DNA of 64,000 nt. Origin: Anaerovoracaceae bacterium (lineage in GTDB: Bacteria; Bacillota; Clostridia; Peptostreptococcales; Anaerovoracaceae). The notes beneath the pieces are model-generated. The model made no database searches and was not told the DNA's origin. It saw only the letters and a program-made list of their open reading frames with translations. The DNA lies in assembly GCA_041854955.1 (NCBI GenBank), contig JBHADF010000047.1, positions 815 through 64,814 on the forward strand, given 5' to 3'. Positions 63,831 through 64,000 of this stretch are shown in pieces. The stretch's first letter is position 1, and every line of letters begins with the position of its first letter. Both the position numbers and the translations under genes were made by a program.

Positions 63831-64000
63831 ATGACAAAGAAAAAGAGGAATTATACCACGATTGCGGCTTTGGCGGTTATTTTGGCTGTGGTTCTCTACC
63901 TGATCTTTTCCGGGCTTAGAATAGTAAAGCTAAGTGCGGAAAAAAATGATGTGGCCGAAAAGAACCAATCTCTTTTGAGAGAAAAGGAAAATCTCACCAC
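63831..64000 (+). CDS. FtsL/DivIC-like septum-formation protein, 5' partial (continues past the window)
   Basis: Hand translation gives MTKKKRNYTTIAALAVILAVVLYLIFSGLRIVKLSAEKNDVAEKNQSLLREKENLT: basic N-terminus, one TM, then the start of a coiled coil. Confidence 0.5.
   Translation, partial: MTKKKRNYTTIAALAVILAVVLYLIFSGLRIVKLSAEKNDVAEKNQSLLREKENLT

Overview
This 64-kb window is the chromosomal replication-origin region of a Bacillota (Clostridia-like) genome. GC is roughly mid-40s percent by eye. Calls rest on the six-frame ORF track, hand-read motifs and remembered family signatures; no search was run.

Gene order, left to right:
- F-type ATP synthase operon (minus strand: atpB-E-F-[delta-like::atpA]-G-D; atpD runs off the window).
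- rlmH, an MBL-fold hydrolase, rnhA, an AIM24/TIGR00266 protein and a DUF454 protein.
- CydDC-type ABC exporter pair, followed by an OmpR/histidine-kinase two-component pair.
- Purine nucleoside phosphorylase and a CoA-transferase.
- A single tRNA-Arg(CCU) with an odd leader.
- DUF2148 protein, a nucleotidyltransferase, trmO and ybaK.
- A 480-bp convergent intergenic region holding a highly regular inverted-repeat array.
- MacAB-like efflux operon, PAP2 phosphatase, plsC, nhaC and trpS.
- gyrA-gyrB-recF-dnaN-oriC-dnaA (minus strand).
- A two-gene SWIM-finger + 1130-aa cassette (plus strand).
- rpmH-rnpA-yidD-yidC-jag-mnmE-mnmG-rsmG-parS-soj-spo0J.
- A 1983-aa wall-anchored adhesin, then gdpP-rplI-dnaB(helicase), a DnaD/DnaB-type protein, an M23/LysM peptidase and the start of an FtsL/DivIC-like gene.

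No transposase, integrase, cas or recognisable defence gene is present.

Most notable observations:
1. An uncharacterised SWIM + giant-protein operon splits the normally invariant dnaA/rpmH junction and fires from a promoter about 30 bp from a perfect DnaA-box pair.
2. recF-dnaN-oriC-dnaA forms a sharp AT-rich island.
3. Four TGTTGACA-N23-TGTCAACA units are arranged with overall dyad symmetry.
4. The tRNA-Arg leader carries a 29-nt duplicate and a 22-nt perfect antisense copy of parts of the tRNA.
5. The ATP synthase has no separate delta gene, but has a delta-C-terminal-like segment fused to alpha.
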